Shown: positions 5,551 through 6,148 of the stretch, one piece after another
How positions within the stretch are numbered: position 1 is the first letter of the stretch
Layout: each line of letters starts with the position of its first letter
Origin: an archaeon
GTDB lineage: Archaea > Iainarchaeota > Iainarchaeia > Iainarchaeales > CSSED10-239
Length of the DNA: 6,148 nt
NCBI GenBank assembly: GCA_037147375.1
Contig: JBAWVI010000058.1
Location: 1-6,148 of the forward strand
Direction: 5' to 3'
Translations under genes and position numbers: made by a program
Notes under the pieces: model-generated
Told to the model about the DNA's origin: nothing
The model's input: the letters and a program-made list of their open reading frames with translations, nothing else
Databases searched by the model: none

Positions 5551-6147
5551 ATGTTTACTGAGATTGCAAACGGAGCAGAAGCAAGAATATATACTCATAA
5601 GCTATTTGATAAAACAGTTGTAACTAAGCAAAGAATAGAAAAGGAATATAGAGATAAGTTACTTGATAATAAAATAATTAAGCAAAGAACAAAGAGCGAA
5701 GCTATTCTTTTAAAAAAAGTTAAAGACATAGGTTTATTTTCTCCAAGTATATACTTTGTTGGAAAAGATAAGATTGTTATGGAATATCTAGTTAATACAA
5801 ACGAGCATGACAAGTATCTTCAAGAAATTGGAAAGAACATAGCTGTGCTTCATAATAATAATATTATTCATGGAGATCTAAATCTCATAAATATAATTAC
5901 AACAAAAGAAAAAGGTAAGAAAGAACAACAAGCAAGGATATATTTCATTGATTTTGGGCTTGGGTTCATGTCAAACAAGATAGAAGACAAGGCAACAGAC
6001 CTTCTTGTTCTTAAGAAAACTCTTCTTTCTCTTAAAAGTACAGAAAAGTTATGGAAAGACATGCTTTTAGGTTATGAAAAAGAAACAAGTAATAAAGAAA
6101 TAATAAATAAGATAAAAGAAATAGAATCTAGAGGAAGATACCTCTAA
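5551..6147 (+). CDS. bud32: Kae1-associated serine/threonine kinase Bud32 (KEOPS complex subunit, t6A tRNA modification)
   Basis: The 198-aa product is an atypical small RIO-like kinase. It has the Gly-loop equivalent ANGAEARIY and the Lys-containing strand VVTKQR. It has the helix KQRTKSEAILLKKV and the hinge IVMEYL. Its catalytic loop is HGDLNLIN (5869..5892) and its DFG motif is IDFGLG (DFG at 5950..5958). It also has EDKATDLLVL and the conserved C-terminal RGRY tail. TAA lies at 6145..6147. Confidence 0.9.
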   Translation: MFTEIANGAEARIYTHKLFDKTVVTKQRIEKEYRDKLLDNKIIKQRTKSEAILLKKVKDIGLFSPSIYFVGKDKIVMEYLVNTNEHDKYLQEIGKNIAVLHNNNIIHGDLNLINIITTKEKGKKEQQARIYFIDFGLGFMSNKIEDKATDLLVLKKTLLSLKSTEKLWKDMLLGYEKETSNKEIINKIKEIESRGRYL

Positions 6148-6148
6148 A

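Noticed and set aside
5595-6062. Minus-strand ORFs 5595..5813 and 5868..6062, antisense to bud32.
   Set aside because: They are shadow ORFs inside a confidently identified kinase gene.
1-6148. A search for CRISPR repeats, IS or transposon ends, integrase or recombinase genes, toxin-antitoxin pairs, or defence-type domains (nuclease, helicase, ATPase Walker motifs).
   Set aside because: I saw no regularly spaced repeats, no terminal inverted repeats flanking a gene, and no Walker A or nuclease signatures in the three unassigned ORFs. The window reads as an ordinary housekeeping neighbourhood with lineage-specific insert genes.

Overview
This is a visibly AT-rich (about 70% A+T by eye, not computed), densely coding archaeal chromosomal segment with six complete CDSs. 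Three are confidently recognisable housekeeping genes. One is the archaeal nascent polypeptide-associated complex protein (NAC + UBA, minus strand, 1458..1799). One is an archaeal-type valyl-tRNA synthetase (2657..5041). One is the KEOPS kinase Bud32 (5551..6147). The other three are ORFs with no family I can recognise. The first is a 436-aa N-terminally anchored, sequon-rich, probably extracytoplasmic protein (130..1440). The second is a 208-aa very Lys-rich, probably coiled-coil protein (1945..2571). The third is a 166-aa membrane-anchored protein wedged between valS and bud32 with an 8-nt overlap (5034..5534). The NAC-UBA protein, Bud32, ValRS motifs such as RPQG..I.RTW, and TATA-like boxes about 27 nt upstream of start codons point to an archaeon. 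This may be a small-genome DPANN-like or AT-rich methanogen lineage, but I cannot distinguish these from sequence alone. I found no tRNA or rRNA, CRISPR array, transposase or integrase, or recognisable defence or toxin gene. I do not see convincing evidence of a novel multi-gene system. The points worth a second look are the three ORFans, the valS-ORF-bud32 coupling, a 20-nt exact in-frame repeat, degenerate signature motifs in ValRS and Bud32, and a marked Lys-codon (AAA/AAG) split between genes. All of these are modest.
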